Positions 45,634 through 55,366 are shown, counted from the first letter of the stretch. The stretch is 64,000 nucleotides of DNA from an uncultured Hyphomicrobiaceae bacterium (GCA_947258705.1 CAMYJA010000007.1:144424-208423), one strand, 5' to 3'. The notes: a model not told the origin generated them from the letters alone. Translations and numbers: made by a program.

Positions 45634-46875
45634 TTACGACGTCGGCACGTCGAGCTTGCGGGTGAGGTTTTCAAACTCGCGCCTCAGTTCCTGGTTTTGG
45701 AAAATCTGGTCGAAACCGGGAGCTTCGAGTTTCTGGATCGCCTCGAATGACGCGGCGGCGTCCTTGATCAGAGCGTTGAGCTGGAAACTTGCCTCAACGG
45801 TCTCGAACGTGTTGTCGGCTATGCGGAGGTCGCGTACCGCGCGCAGGCGCGCCTTGGCGAGTTGCTCTCTCTGTGTCAGAAGGTAGCCGCGGTAATAGGA
45901 GGCGACACGGGCCGCGAATTTCTGCGATTTCAAATTGGCCTTGAGCGTACGTACCTGATCGGGCCTGTTACGCCCCTGCAACAGGCGTCTAGACTGCCTT
46001 GTCGCCTTTTTGATGTCGCCCTCTATGGTTTTCAAGCGCGGCAGATAGGTGCGGTCGATTTTCTCGATCAGGCTGTCCTGGGAATGAACCAGCATGGCGA
46101 AGAGGGCTGCATGCATTGCAAAATATTTTCGCGCGGCCTTCAGATTGTCGCCCGTCTCGGAAACCATTTTGCTCAATTGCTGGTCGATGACCCGTGCGGC
46201 ATTGAATGTCGCCACGAGCCTGACCAGATCGCCCGACAATACGCTGTCGAGGAGAAGCTCGAGCTGTTCCTTCGACATCTGGATGCCTGATTTCTTCAGC
46301 GACTGGTGTATGTCGGTTTTGAGTTTCTTGATTTCGAGCCTGTTCTCGCCGACACGCGTGTTGAGATCCTCGATCTCTTCATTGAGGCTTGAAACCGTGT
46401 CGTTCAAAAGACCGGGCAGTAGGGCGTCTTTGGGCGCAGTCAGGCGCTTCTCCTTGAGCGCCACGATCTGGTCCTCGATTTCGCGGATTGCATTGCGCCG
46501 CGCTTCAAGTTGCTTCTGCACGTCGACAATCGGCACGTCGGTTACAACGCCGAGGGCCGAATCAAGCAGGTTTCTGATTTTTTTTTCGCGGTCTTCGCGG
46601 GTTTCGGTCCATATGGGTGTGACGAGATAATCGTCCTTGCTCGGGAGCTTACGCGAACTGGCGCGTTCCTCCGCCGTATCTTTCAATATGTCGTCAATGG
46701 CCTTGAGAAGCCTTTGCGCCTGGACTTGGGAGGCATCGCCTTCCCCGGCACCGGCAGCAGCTTTCGCACCGGGTGAATTTTCCCGGGCCTGCGCATTGGC
46801 GCCCGGAACCAGATTCCCTGACAGTATCACGGCCAATGCAAAAACAATCGGCAATGCCTTCAGCTGATGAACCAT
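45634..46875 (-). CDS. Hypothetical periplasmic coiled-coil protein
   Basis: It has a signal peptide (LPIVFALAVILSGNLVPGANA) followed by ~380 aa of heptad-rich, charged sequence. Confidence 0.55.
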   Translation of the reverse strand: MVHQLKALPIVFALAVILSGNLVPGANAQARENSPGAKAAAGAGEGDASQVQAQRLLKAIDDILKDTAEERASSRKLPSKDDYLVTPIWTETREDREKKIRNLLDSALGVVTDVPIVDVQKQLEARRNAIREIEDQIVALKEKRLTAPKDALLPGLLNDTVSSLNEEIEDLNTRVGENRLEIKKLKTDIHQSLKKSGIQMSKEQLELLLDSVLSGDLVRLVATFNAARVIDQQLSKMVSETGDNLKAARKYFAMHAALFAMLVHSQDSLIEKIDRTYLPRLKTIEGDIKKATRQSRRLLQGRNRPDQVRTLKANLKSQKFAARVASYYRGYLLTQREQLAKARLRAVRDLRIADNTFETVEASFQLNALIKDAAASFEAIQKLEAPGFDQIFQNQELRREFENLTRKLDVPTS

Positions 46876-47051
46876 GAGTACCTCCCACTTCATCCTCTAG
46901 GTAGCGTGTAATTCTGTCGTTTCAATGGTCGAGGGGCTGATTTAAGCGGCTTTGCACACAAGAATTATCCCCTAAATGCACCATATGTCCCATTTTTCCA
47001 CCACTTAACGCCGTGCCGTTCAGGCCCGGTCCAGTTGACATTCAAAGGCTT

Positions 47052-47067
47052 TCAAACGATTGTTTGA
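47052..47067. promoter_or_regulatory. 16-bp palindrome TCAAAC-GATT-GTTTGA, 42 bp upstream of ivd
   Basis: The arms are a perfect 6+6 inverted repeat. TTGACA lies at 47035-47040 just upstream. The CAAAC-N4-GTTTG core resembles TetR-family (PsrA-type) fatty-acid regulator boxes as I remember them. Confidence 0.35.
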
Positions 47068-47108
47068 CGGGTTCAGGCTTGGACCACGACACCCGGTAGA
47101 GAGACTCC

Positions 47109-48281
47109 ATGATCGCCAACAGAACGCCCGTCCTGAATTTCGAGCTTGGTGAAACTGCGGACATGATCCGCGATACGGTCATGTCCTTTACAGCCGACGA
47201 GATCGCGCCACTCGCAGAGGAAATCGACCGGACCAATGTCTTTCCCCGCGACCTGTGGCCGAAAATGGGCGATCTCGGGCTGCACGGCATTACCGTTGAA
47301 GAAGAGTATGGCGGCATAGGGCTCGGCTATCTCGAGCATTGCGTGGCGGTCGAGGAGATGAGCCGGGGATCGGCATCGATTGCCCTTTCATACGGCGCTC
47401 ATTCGAATTTGTGCATCAATCAAATCCGCCGCAACGGTTCGGACGAGCAGAAGCGCCGCTATCTGCCGAAACTCATTTCCGGCGAACATGTGGGGGCGCT
47501 GGCGATGTCGGAGCCCGGTGCGGGATCGGATGTCGTATCGATGAAACTCCGCGCCGAGAAAAAGGGCGGGCGTTATATCCTAAACGGCAGCAAAATGTGG
47601 ATCACCAACGGGCCCGTGGCCGATACGCTGGTGGTTTATGCCAGAACGGATCCCGAGGCGGGCCCGGGCGGCATCACCGCTTTTCTCATAGAGAAGGATT
47701 TCAAGGGATATTCGACGACGCCAAAACTCGACAAGCTCGGCATGCGAGGCTCGGATACATGCGAGCTTGTGTTTGAGGATTGCGAGGTGCCGGCGGAAAA
47801 TATCATGGGCGGGCTCAATGAGGGTGTCAGGGTGCTCATGTCCGGGCTCGATTATGAGCGCGTTGTGCTGTCGGCAGGCTCGATCGGTATCATGCAGGCC
47901 TGCATGGATGTGGTGATTCCTTATGTTCACGAGCGCAGGCAGTTCGGCAAGCCCATCGGCACATTTCAGCTTATGCAGGGCAAGCTCGCCGATATGTATA
48001 CCACGATGAACGCAGCAAAGGCCTATGTTTACGCGGTTGCGAAAGCCTGCGACCGGGGAGAGACGGCGCGCAAGGATGCGGCGGGCGCCATTCTCTTCGC
48101 AGCCGAGAAAGCCACATGGATGGCGCTTGAGGCGATTCAGACGCTCGGCGGCAATGGCTATATCAACGAATATCCGACGGGACGCCTGTTGCGCGATGCC
48201 AAACTTTACGAGATCGGAGCGGGCACCAGTGAGATCAGGCGGATGCTTATCGGCCGCGAACTCTTCGAGGAGACGCGATAA
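47109..48281 (+). CDS. ivd: Isovaleryl-CoA dehydrogenase
   Basis: It shows the acyl-CoA dehydrogenase fold with IVD-type sequence throughout ([16 protein letters not shown]..., [32 protein letters not shown]). Confidence 0.92.
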   Translation: MIANRTPVLNFELGETADMIRDTVMSFTADEIAPLAEEIDRTNVFPRDLWPKMGDLGLHGITVEEEYGGIGLGYLEHCVAVEEMSRGSASIALSYGAHSNLCINQIRRNGSDEQKRRYLPKLISGEHVGALAMSEPGAGSDVVSMKLRAEKKGGRYILNGSKMWITNGPVADTLVVYARTDPEAGPGGITAFLIEKDFKGYSTTPKLDKLGMRGSDTCELVFEDCEVPAENIMGGLNEGVRVLMSGLDYERVVLSAGSIGIMQACMDVVIPYVHERRQFGKPIGTFQLMQGKLADMYTTMNAAKAYVYAVAKACDRGETARKDAAGAILFAAEKATWMALEAIQTLGGNGYINEYPTGRLLRDAKLYEIGAGTSEIRRMLIGRELFEETR

Positions 48282-48418
48282 ATTATTGATATCATTGCGT
48301 TATTTTTTCTGAATTTTTCGTTCAGGAAATATTCAGGCGAAATTGTGTTTTTTTAATCATCAGCTTTTAGTGATCCGCGCCGGTCTTCCATGCCGACGCC
48401 CCTCGAAGGAACAAGAAG

Positions 48419-49108
48419 ATGAGATTATCAATTCAATTCGCCCTCGCCTTGTCAGCCCTTTCTTTCATGGTCGCCCTGCCCGCCTCACCGGCTTTCGCCA
48501 CGGCGGATGGCCCCGACTTTTACCGTGTCGTCAAGGTCAATGGCTCCGCTACACTTCATATGCGGGCCCGGCCTGGCAAGTTTTCCCGTTCGGTTTACAA
48601 TCTTCCCTTCAACGCCCGGCGGCTGAACAACCGCATTGAGACGCGTGGCTCCTGGGCCCTGGTCGAATATGATGGACGAACGGGCTGGGTTCATACGGAC
48701 TATCTGGCCGAGGATGACGGCAACCGTCCGACGGTTTACAAAGTCACCGGTCTTGAGAGCTGGGACGGGCTCAATATCCGCAAAAACCCCAAAGCGGGTT
48801 CACGCATTATCGGCGAGGTTCCCGGCTCGGCGGACAATATCGAGGATTACGGAGACTGCAAGGGGCTGTGGTGCCCGATCCGGTATGACAATGTTGAGGG
48901 CTGGGTGCACAAGCGCTTTCTCGCCGTCGTTCCCTCCAAACTCAACCCTTCTCCAGGCGACCGGTATTATTCGCAATATGAGCGCCGCCGGGATTTCCGC
49001 GACCGTTACGACAATGAGTATATGGGGCTCCGCGAACGCCGTCCGACATGGTTCGACCGTTTCTGGATGCGCAACAAGCACATGTTCCAAAAGCGCGATC
49101 TCCGTTGA
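48419..49108 (+). CDS. Secreted protein with two bacterial SH3 domains and an Arg/Tyr/Asp-rich tail
   Basis: It has a signal peptide (ALALSALSFMVALPASPAFA) and two SH3b-like repeats ending GWVHTDYL and GWVHKRFL. Confidence 0.75.
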   Translation: MRLSIQFALALSALSFMVALPASPAFATADGPDFYRVVKVNGSATLHMRARPGKFSRSVYNLPFNARRLNNRIETRGSWALVEYDGRTGWVHTDYLAEDDGNRPTVYKVTGLESWDGLNIRKNPKAGSRIIGEVPGSADNIEDYGDCKGLWCPIRYDNVEGWVHKRFLAVVPSKLNPSPGDRYYSQYERRRDFRDRYDNEYMGLRERRPTWFDRFWMRNKHMFQKRDLR

Positions 49109-49136
49109 CAACCATTTCACCACCCCCCTCCGACAG

Positions 49137-49168
49137 AAAAGCCCGGCATCGCGACGCCGGGCTTTTTT
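49137..49168. terminator. Bidirectional rho-independent terminator between the SH3 gene and the thiolase gene
   Basis: The sequence is aaaa-gcccggc-atcgcgac-gccgggc-tttttt. It has a perfect 7-bp GC stem flanked by an A run and a T run. Confidence 0.75.
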
Positions 49169-49201
49169 GTTCAGACGCAATTTTTGTCGAAACGGTCGCA
49201 A

Positions 49202-50695
49202 TCAACAGCCTTGGCTGTGCCTGTGCTGTGCCTGGGCTGTGCCTGGCCGGTACGACAAGGGCTTCACTGGCCGTCTCACCCCTGCATTTCTCTCCCCCAT
49301 CCCTGGAGTGCGTGCGCCTGGCTTCGCCGGTTTGGCGTCGTTCTCATCATTTGCCGCCTTCGGCTTCTTGGTCGCCTTGGGTTTTCCTTTGGCTCCGTTG
49401 GCTCCTTTGACGCCATCGACGCCTTCCATGATTGCCGCCACACCCATGCCGCCGGCGGTACAGACAGAGATGAGGCCGCGCCCGCCTTTCTTCTCGAGTA
49501 TTTTTCCGAGATTGGCGATGATGCGTCCGCCCGTAGCGGCAAAGGGATGGCCGAATGCGAGGCTCGAGCCATGGATATTCAGTTTGTCGCGGTCGATCGA
49601 TCCCATGGGTGCGTCCCGATCGAGCTCGGTGCGGCAAAAGTCGGGATCCTCCCATGCCTTTAATGTGCACAGCACTTGTGCGGCGAAGGCCTCGTGGATT
49701 TCGTAAAAATCGAAATCCTGCAGCGCCAGTCCCGCACGCTTGAGCATTTCCGACACGGCAATGGTGGGCGCCATCAGGAGACCGTCGCCATCGACAAAAT
49801 TAATCCCGGCCGCCTGGTAATGAGTGAGATAAGCCTGGACCTGAAGACCGCGCTCTTTTGCCCAGTCTTCGGACGCGAGCAACACCGATGAGGCGCCGTC
49901 GGTCAGGGGCGTGGAATTGGCCGCTGTAAGCGTACCGCGTTCGGACCTCTCGAAGACCGTACGCATTGTGGCTATCTTTTCGAGATCCATGTCCGCGCGC
50001 AGATTGTTGTCCTGGAATACGCCGGCGCAGGGAACGATGAGGTCGTCCATATAGCCCTCTTCATAGGCCCTGGTGCCGTTCATATGGCTTTGATAGGCGA
50101 GTTGGTCCTGCGCCTCGCGGGTGATGCCCCATTCCTGCGCCATCAATTCGCAATGCTGGCCCATGGACAGACCGGTGCGCGGCTCGGCGACGCTGGGAGG
50201 CTGCGGTGCGAGTTCGCCCACACCGAAGCCTTTCAGCGCGCCAAATTTCTGACCCGGCGATTTGCCGCGATTGACCGCCGTCAGCCGCTGTGCGAAACGC
50301 CTTGAAAATACGATCGGTGCATCGGAGATTGTGTCGCTTCCCACTGCGATGCCGCTCTCGACCGCGCCGACGGCGATTTTCGCCGCCAGCCCCATGGCCG
50401 ATTGCAGGCTCGTGCCACAGGCCTGCATCAGTGTCGTGCCCGGTGTGCGGGGGTCGAGCCTGGTGTCGATCAGCGCTTCCCGTGTGAGATTGAAATCCTT
50501 GGAGTGGGTCATGACCGCTCCGCCCACGACATCGTCGATAAGCTCACCTTCGAGACCAAAGCGTTCGACAAGGCCGTTGAGCGCGGTGGTCATCATATCG
50601 AGATTGGTGAGGTCGCCATATTGCGTGTTCGAGCGGCAAAAGGGGATGCGGACACCGCCAATGACTGCAACCCGGCGAATTTTTTCCTGAGACAT
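49202..50695 (-). CDS. Acetyl-CoA C-acyltransferase (thiolase) with a ~73-aa Lys/Pro-rich C-terminal extension
   Basis: Thiolase motifs run throughout (active-site Cys region MQACGTSLQ, C-terminal CTAGGMGVAAIME). The ORF continues to 49202 with GVDGVKGANGAKGKPKATKKPKAANDENDAKPAKPG... Confidence 0.9.
   Translation of the reverse strand: MSQEKIRRVAVIGGVRIPFCRSNTQYGDLTNLDMMTTALNGLVERFGLEGELIDDVVGGAVMTHSKDFNLTREALIDTRLDPRTPGTTLMQACGTSLQSAMGLAAKIAVGAVESGIAVGSDTISDAPIVFSRRFAQRLTAVNRGKSPGQKFGALKGFGVGELAPQPPSVAEPRTGLSMGQHCELMAQEWGITREAQDQLAYQSHMNGTRAYEEGYMDDLIVPCAGVFQDNNLRADMDLEKIATMRTVFERSERGTLTAANSTPLTDGASSVLLASEDWAKERGLQVQAYLTHYQAAGINFVDGDGLLMAPTIAVSEMLKRAGLALQDFDFYEIHEAFAAQVLCTLKAWEDPDFCRTELDRDAPMGSIDRDKLNIHGSSLAFGHPFAATGGRIIANLGKILEKKGGRGLISVCTAGGMGVAAIMEGVDGVKGANGAKGKPKATKKPKAANDENDAKPAKPGARTPGMGERNAGVRRPVKPLSYRPGTAQAQHRHSQGC
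49214..49245. repeat. Three tandem copies of GCTGTGCCTG (11-bp period) in the last codons of the thiolase ORF
   Basis: The copies lie at 49214-49223, 49225-49234 and 49236-49245. The period is not a multiple of 3. Confidence 0.9.
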
Positions 50696-50708
50696 TTCTT
50701 GCTCCTGG

Positions 50709-50756
50709 TGACTATGTCACTGACTTATATCGCTGACATTGTCAGTGACATAGTCA
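50709..50756. repeat. Perfect 16-bp inverted repeat with a 16-nt spacer in the fadB-thiolase intergenic region
   Basis: TGACTATGTCACTGAC (50709-50724) is the exact reverse complement of GTCAGTGACATAGTCA (50741-50756). A nested palindrome CTGACATTGTCAG lies at 50732-50744. Confidence 0.9.
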
Positions 50757-50836
50757 GTGATTTTGCCGGCGGCTCGACTGTTCGCGATAACAAGTCGTAG
50801 CCGACCATTTCCATCATTTATCCTTGCAGTTCGGGT

Positions 50837-52849
50837 TTATGCCGCTGCCGCCTCTTTCTTTTTCTTCGCGTCGCCACCCTCCTCGAGTGATTTGGCGTAA
50901 TGGAGGGGGCCGCCCCTGAAGGGCGCGAAACCGGTTCCGAAGATTACGCCGCCATCGACCAGATCGGCGTCATCGACAACCTTTTCATCGAGGCATTTCT
51001 GACATTCCTCGACCAGCGGTTTCACCAGGTCGTGGCCAAGCTGCTCCAGCTGCGCCTTGTCATAGGCATAGTTTTCCTTCTGAGGCTTCCCGTCCGGAGC
51101 CCAGACATAAAACCCCTTGCCGGTCTTCTTGCCGAGATTGCCGGCTTCGACCAGTTCGACGAGTTTCGAGCCTTTGGCGGCGCCGCCGCTAATCCCCAGT
51201 ATTTCCGCCACATGCATGCAGACATCAAGGCCGACCTGATCGGCGAGTTCCAGCGGTCCCATCGGCATGCCGAATTCGCGCGCTGCCTCGTCGATGAGTT
51301 CGCGCTCCGTGCCCTGCTCAAAACGTTCCATGGCATCCATCATGTATGGGGCCAGAACCCGGTTGACCAGGAACCCGGGGGTGCTTTTGGTTGTCAGGGG
51401 GAATTTGTTGATTGCGGTGACGAAGGCGCAGCCCTTGTCGACATATTCCTGTTCGGTATTTGGCGCACGCACCACTTCGACCAGGGGTAATTGCGGCACC
51501 GGATTGAAGAAATGCAGGCCGATGAGGCGGGAGGGATCGTCAAGCGGCTTGGCAATGTCCTCAATGGGGAGCGAGGAGGTATTGGTGGCCAAAATAGCAC
51601 CGGGTTTGACGTTCTCTTCGAGCGATTTGAAAAGTTTCTGCTTGATGTCGAGCTTTTCGACTATGGCCTCGATAATGACATCGGCGCGGTGGACATGGCG
51701 GCCGTCCGGGTCCGGAATGAGCCGGGCCATGGCGGCGTCGACGGCCTGTTTTTTCTTCAGGCGTTTGCGGAACAGCTTTTTCGCCTGGGCCTGGGCCTTG
51801 CCGATCTGGTCCTCGGAGAGGTCCTGGAGGCTCACTTCCATGCCCGAGATGACGCACCATGCGGCGATATCGGCGCCCATGGTGCCGGCGCCGATAACAT
51901 GGGCCCGCCTGAGCTTTGGCATGTTCTTGGGCGCCAGAGCCTTCATTTTTTCCGAAACCGCGAAGACACGCCTCAGATTGCGCGACTGGTCGGACACCAT
52001 GAGCGGTGCAAAGGCCCGGGTTTCGGCAAGCGCCATGCGCTTGAGATCGCCGCCAAAGCGCTCGAAGATTTCGATCAGCTTGTAGGGCGATGGATAATGG
52101 TCCTCACGTGCCTTGCGGGCCGTCTGCTTTCTCATCTGACCGGCGAGATAGCCGCGGATCGGCCATAGCCGCATCAGGTTCTGGATCCTTGACGCACCCT
52201 TGGACTTTCGCTTCTGCTGAACGGCTTTGCGCGCGGCCCAGCGCAATTTATGATGGGTAGGGACGAGTTCATCGACAATCCCCTGCGCCTTGGCGACATT
52301 CGGCCGCAGCATGCGGCCTGTCAGCATCATGGTCATGGCATTGACGGGGCCCGCCAGTGCTATGGAACGCACAGTGCCGTGCAGTCCCGGAAAAATACCA
52401 AGCTTGACTTCCGGCAGTCCGAGCCGCGTTCCCTCCTCGCGGTCGGCGATCCTGTAATGGCACGCCATGGCGAGTTCCAGTCCGCCGCCAAGGCAGAAAC
52501 CGTGAATGGCGGCGACAACGGGCACGCGCATTTTTTCGATGCGCGACAGGAGATCGGTAACCTGCGTAATGGCCTCCGCGACTTCACTCACTTCGGTCCA
52601 TTGCTCGAATTCCTTTATATCGGCGCCGGCGATGAAATTATTCTGCTTGCCCGAAATAATGACAAGCCCCCTGGCCTCCTTGTTGCGAGCGGCGTTCTCC
52701 ATATGGGAGACGATCCGTTCCAGCTCCTCGGTGGCCCTGCGCCCGAGGGTGTTCATTGTTTCTCCTTCGCGATCGAAAATCGCCCAGGCAATGTCCTCGT
52801 AATCGATTTCGAAGCGCCAGTCTTTCAGGTCGGATAGGGGGGATGCCAT
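50837..52849 (-). CDS. Fused enoyl-CoA hydratase / 3-hydroxyacyl-CoA dehydrogenase (FadB/FadJ-type)
   Basis: The N-terminal crotonase fold carries FIAGADIKEF and the oxyanion motifs. The C-terminal NAD-binding domain carries HVIGAGTMGADIA. Confidence 0.93.
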   Translation of the reverse strand: MASPLSDLKDWRFEIDYEDIAWAIFDREGETMNTLGRRATEELERIVSHMENAARNKEARGLVIISGKQNNFIAGADIKEFEQWTEVSEVAEAITQVTDLLSRIEKMRVPVVAAIHGFCLGGGLELAMACHYRIADREEGTRLGLPEVKLGIFPGLHGTVRSIALAGPVNAMTMMLTGRMLRPNVAKAQGIVDELVPTHHKLRWAARKAVQQKRKSKGASRIQNLMRLWPIRGYLAGQMRKQTARKAREDHYPSPYKLIEIFERFGGDLKRMALAETRAFAPLMVSDQSRNLRRVFAVSEKMKALAPKNMPKLRRAHVIGAGTMGADIAAWCVISGMEVSLQDLSEDQIGKAQAQAKKLFRKRLKKKQAVDAAMARLIPDPDGRHVHRADVIIEAIVEKLDIKQKLFKSLEENVKPGAILATNTSSLPIEDIAKPLDDPSRLIGLHFFNPVPQLPLVEVVRAPNTEQEYVDKGCAFVTAINKFPLTTKSTPGFLVNRVLAPYMMDAMERFEQGTERELIDEAAREFGMPMGPLELADQVGLDVCMHVAEILGISGGAAKGSKLVELVEAGNLGKKTGKGFYVWAPDGKPQKENYAYDKAQLEQLGHDLVKPLVEECQKCLDEKVVDDADLVDGGVIFGTGFAPFRGGPLHYAKSLEEGGDAKKKKEAAAA

Positions 52850-52858
52850 GATGATTAT

Positions 52859-55366
52859 TTACTCCGCGGCGGCTATTTTTTTCACGTTCTTGGTCTTCTT
52901 TTTCTCGGCTGACGCCGCGCCGTAACTGGGCTTCACCTCCTTGGGATCGAAATGATCCACGGCGATAACCTTGGCGACCAATTCCTCGACCTCGCGCACA
53001 AGACCGGCTTCATTGTCCGAGATAATCTTCTTTTCAACCGCATCGGCAATCCAGTCGATGCCGTGGTAGCGGCGGATTTCACCCTTGCGGATGGCGCGCT
53101 CCAGCTTTTTCTCGATGACCTCGGCTTCGATCACCTTGGGCAGAGTGTGTTCGAGAATGCCTGTGGGATCATCGGGGTCCTTTGTCACGAAGATATGCCG
53201 GGTAAGCCGGTCGCGTACATCGCCGGGCTCGAGCACCACGCGGGCGAGTTTCTTGCCGGCCATGTCATTGGCGGGCTTGAAACGCGCTCCAAGAGGCAGG
53301 ATCAGAAGGCGCATGAGCGGTCGGGCGACGGTTACGGGAAAATTGTCGATCGTTGCCTTGATCGATTGCTGAAAAGCATAAAGCGCATTCTGTGCACAAT
53401 AATCCAGGATCTGGCGGTCGCTCGAAGGTTTGCCGTCGTCCTCGAAACGCTTGAGCATGCAGGACAGGAGGTAAAGCTCGCTGAGCGCGTCGGCCATGCG
53501 CCCGGTGACCTTCTGCCGGACCTTCATGCCGCCGCCGAGAAGCGCCACGGTCATGTCCGCCATGAGGGCGAAGTTACGACTACCGCGGGCAAGCTGCCTG
53601 TACCAGTGCGCTGTGGCATAGGATTTCGGCGGGATGCCGGCAAAACGGCCAGCGGTGACGTTATGAAAGAAAGCTCCGAAAATATTCGAGAGCGTGTAGG
53701 ACACATGACCGCCCAGCGCCTCTTCAAATTGCTCCAGCCCGGCCTCTACATCAGGATTCTGAACCGCCGAAATCTCCTTGTAGAGATAGGGATGGGCGCG
53801 TAGTGCTCCCTGGGTAAATGTGATCAGGCTGCGGGTGAGTATATTGGCGCCCTCGACCGTGATCCCGACCGGCACCATCTGGTAAGCCGATTGGAGATAG
53901 TTGGAAGGACCGTCACAAATGCCGCGGCCGCCATGAATGTCCATGGCATCGTTTACTGATTGACGCAGGCGGCTGGTCGACTGATATTTCAGGAGCGCAG
54001 AAATCACGGAGGGTTTTTCCCCCCGCGAAACCATGGCTGCGGTGACGCCGCGCGCGGCTTCGGTGACATAGGCGTTTTCAACCAGGCGAGCCATAGGCTC
54101 TTCTATGCCTTCCATATGGCCTATGGAGATACCGAATTGCTTGCGTATGCGGGCATAGGCGGAGGTAAAGCGCAGCATGGCCTTCGCGCCCGCCGCGCCC
54201 GAAGCGGGCAGCGAGATCGAGCGTCCGGCGGACAGGCATTCCATCAACATGAACCAGCCTTCGCCAACTCTTTTTTCACCACCGACGACCCAGTCCATGG
54301 GTATGAAGACGTCCTTGCCCCAATTGGGGCCGTTCGGGAATGCGCTTGCCGATGGCAGGTGACGCTCGCCAATGCGGACACCCTTGTGGTCGGCCGGTAT
54401 CAACGCCACGGTTATGCCGATGTCTTCACCGCGGTTGAGCAAGCCATCGGGATCGAAGAGATGGAACGCCAGTCCGATGACCGTCGCCTTGGGACTAAGG
54501 GTAATGTAACGCTTCTCCCAATTGAGCTTGATGCCGACAACTTCTTTGCCTTCATGCCTGCCTTTGCAGACCACGCCGATGTCGCGCATGGCGGCCGCGT
54601 CAGAACCCGAGGTCGAACCGGTCAGGGCGAAACAGGGTATGTCCTTGCCCTTGGCGAGGCGCGGCAGATAATGTTCCTTTTGCTCGTCGGTTCCGTATTT
54701 CTCCACCAGTTCGCCCGGCCCGAGCGAGTTCGGCACCATGACGATGGTGCAAACATCGGGATTGCGCGAGGCGATTTTACCCAGGATGAGGGATTGTGCC
54801 TGGGCCGAAAAACCCAGTCCTCCATGCTCTTTGGAGATGAGCATGCCGAGAAACCCCTTGTCGCAGGCATATTTCCAAATGGCCTCGGGAATTTCTTTTT
54901 CTGCATGGCGAACCTGCCAATCGTCGATCAGAGTGCACAATTCCTCGGTCGGCCCGTCGAGGAATTCCTGTTCTTCCTCGGTCAGTGTATTTTGTGGAAT
55001 CTTGCGCAGTTCCGTCCAGTCCGGACTACCCGAAAAAAGTTCCGCGTCCCATCCCACCGTTCCGGCTTCGAGCGCCTGGGATTCGGTTTCGGAAACAGCC
55101 GGCAGGATCGACTTGATCATGCCGAAAGCGGGATTGACGATCGCGGTCTGCCTGAGCGACGGTACGGACAGGGCGGCCAGGGCAATCGCCGGGATCCACC
55201 CTAAAATCTGCATCAAGCCGAACTCCAGCGAAGCCGTAAAAAATTCCGTTTGCACAACGAGCGCTATCACCGCCGCGGCCAGCGCCCAAGCCCATATCGG
55301 CGCGCGCCATATGGCCAATGCAAAAACAGGTATCACCACTGCCAAGATCAATAATAGGAATTGCAT
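52859..55366 (-). CDS. fadE: Large membrane-associated acyl-CoA dehydrogenase (FadE-type)
   Basis: It is ~835 aa from ATG 55366, with N-terminal TM helices (MQFLLLILAVVIPVFALAIW...) and an ACAD core typical of FadE. The track ORF extends 69 codons further upstream without support. Confidence 0.9.
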   Translation of the reverse strand: MQFLLLILAVVIPVFALAIWRAPIWAWALAAAVIALVVQTEFFTASLEFGLMQILGWIPAIALAALSVPSLRQTAIVNPAFGMIKSILPAVSETESQALEAGTVGWDAELFSGSPDWTELRKIPQNTLTEEEQEFLDGPTEELCTLIDDWQVRHAEKEIPEAIWKYACDKGFLGMLISKEHGGLGFSAQAQSLILGKIASRNPDVCTIVMVPNSLGPGELVEKYGTDEQKEHYLPRLAKGKDIPCFALTGSTSGSDAAAMRDIGVVCKGRHEGKEVVGIKLNWEKRYITLSPKATVIGLAFHLFDPDGLLNRGEDIGITVALIPADHKGVRIGERHLPSASAFPNGPNWGKDVFIPMDWVVGGEKRVGEGWFMLMECLSAGRSISLPASGAAGAKAMLRFTSAYARIRKQFGISIGHMEGIEEPMARLVENAYVTEAARGVTAAMVSRGEKPSVISALLKYQSTSRLRQSVNDAMDIHGGRGICDGPSNYLQSAYQMVPVGITVEGANILTRSLITFTQGALRAHPYLYKEISAVQNPDVEAGLEQFEEALGGHVSYTLSNIFGAFFHNVTAGRFAGIPPKSYATAHWYRQLARGSRNFALMADMTVALLGGGMKVRQKVTGRMADALSELYLLSCMLKRFEDDGKPSSDRQILDYCAQNALYAFQQSIKATIDNFPVTVARPLMRLLILPLGARFKPANDMAGKKLARVVLEPGDVRDRLTRHIFVTKDPDDPTGILEHTLPKVIEAEVIEKKLERAIRKGEIRRYHGIDWIADAVEKKIISDNEAGLVREVEELVAKVIAVDHFDPKEVKPSYGAASAEKKKTKNVKKIAAAE

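Noticed and set aside
49214-49245. Short tandem repeats (11 bp x3 here; 13 bp x2 at 55491-55516) considered as possible CRISPR or VNTR arrays
   Set aside because: They are far too short and contiguous, with no spacers and no cas genes, so they are not CRISPR. They are reported only as simple tandem repeats.
48636-49706. 356-aa ORF on the plus strand spanning the SH3 gene, the terminator and the thiolase 3' end
   Set aside because: It is out of frame with the SH3 gene, runs through a strong bidirectional terminator, and is antisense to the thiolase. Its sequence is low-complexity S/A/R/P.
53960-55204. 414-aa ORF on the plus strand
   Set aside because: It is antisense to fadE and has shadow-ORF composition (R/G/A-rich). 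No start context is present.
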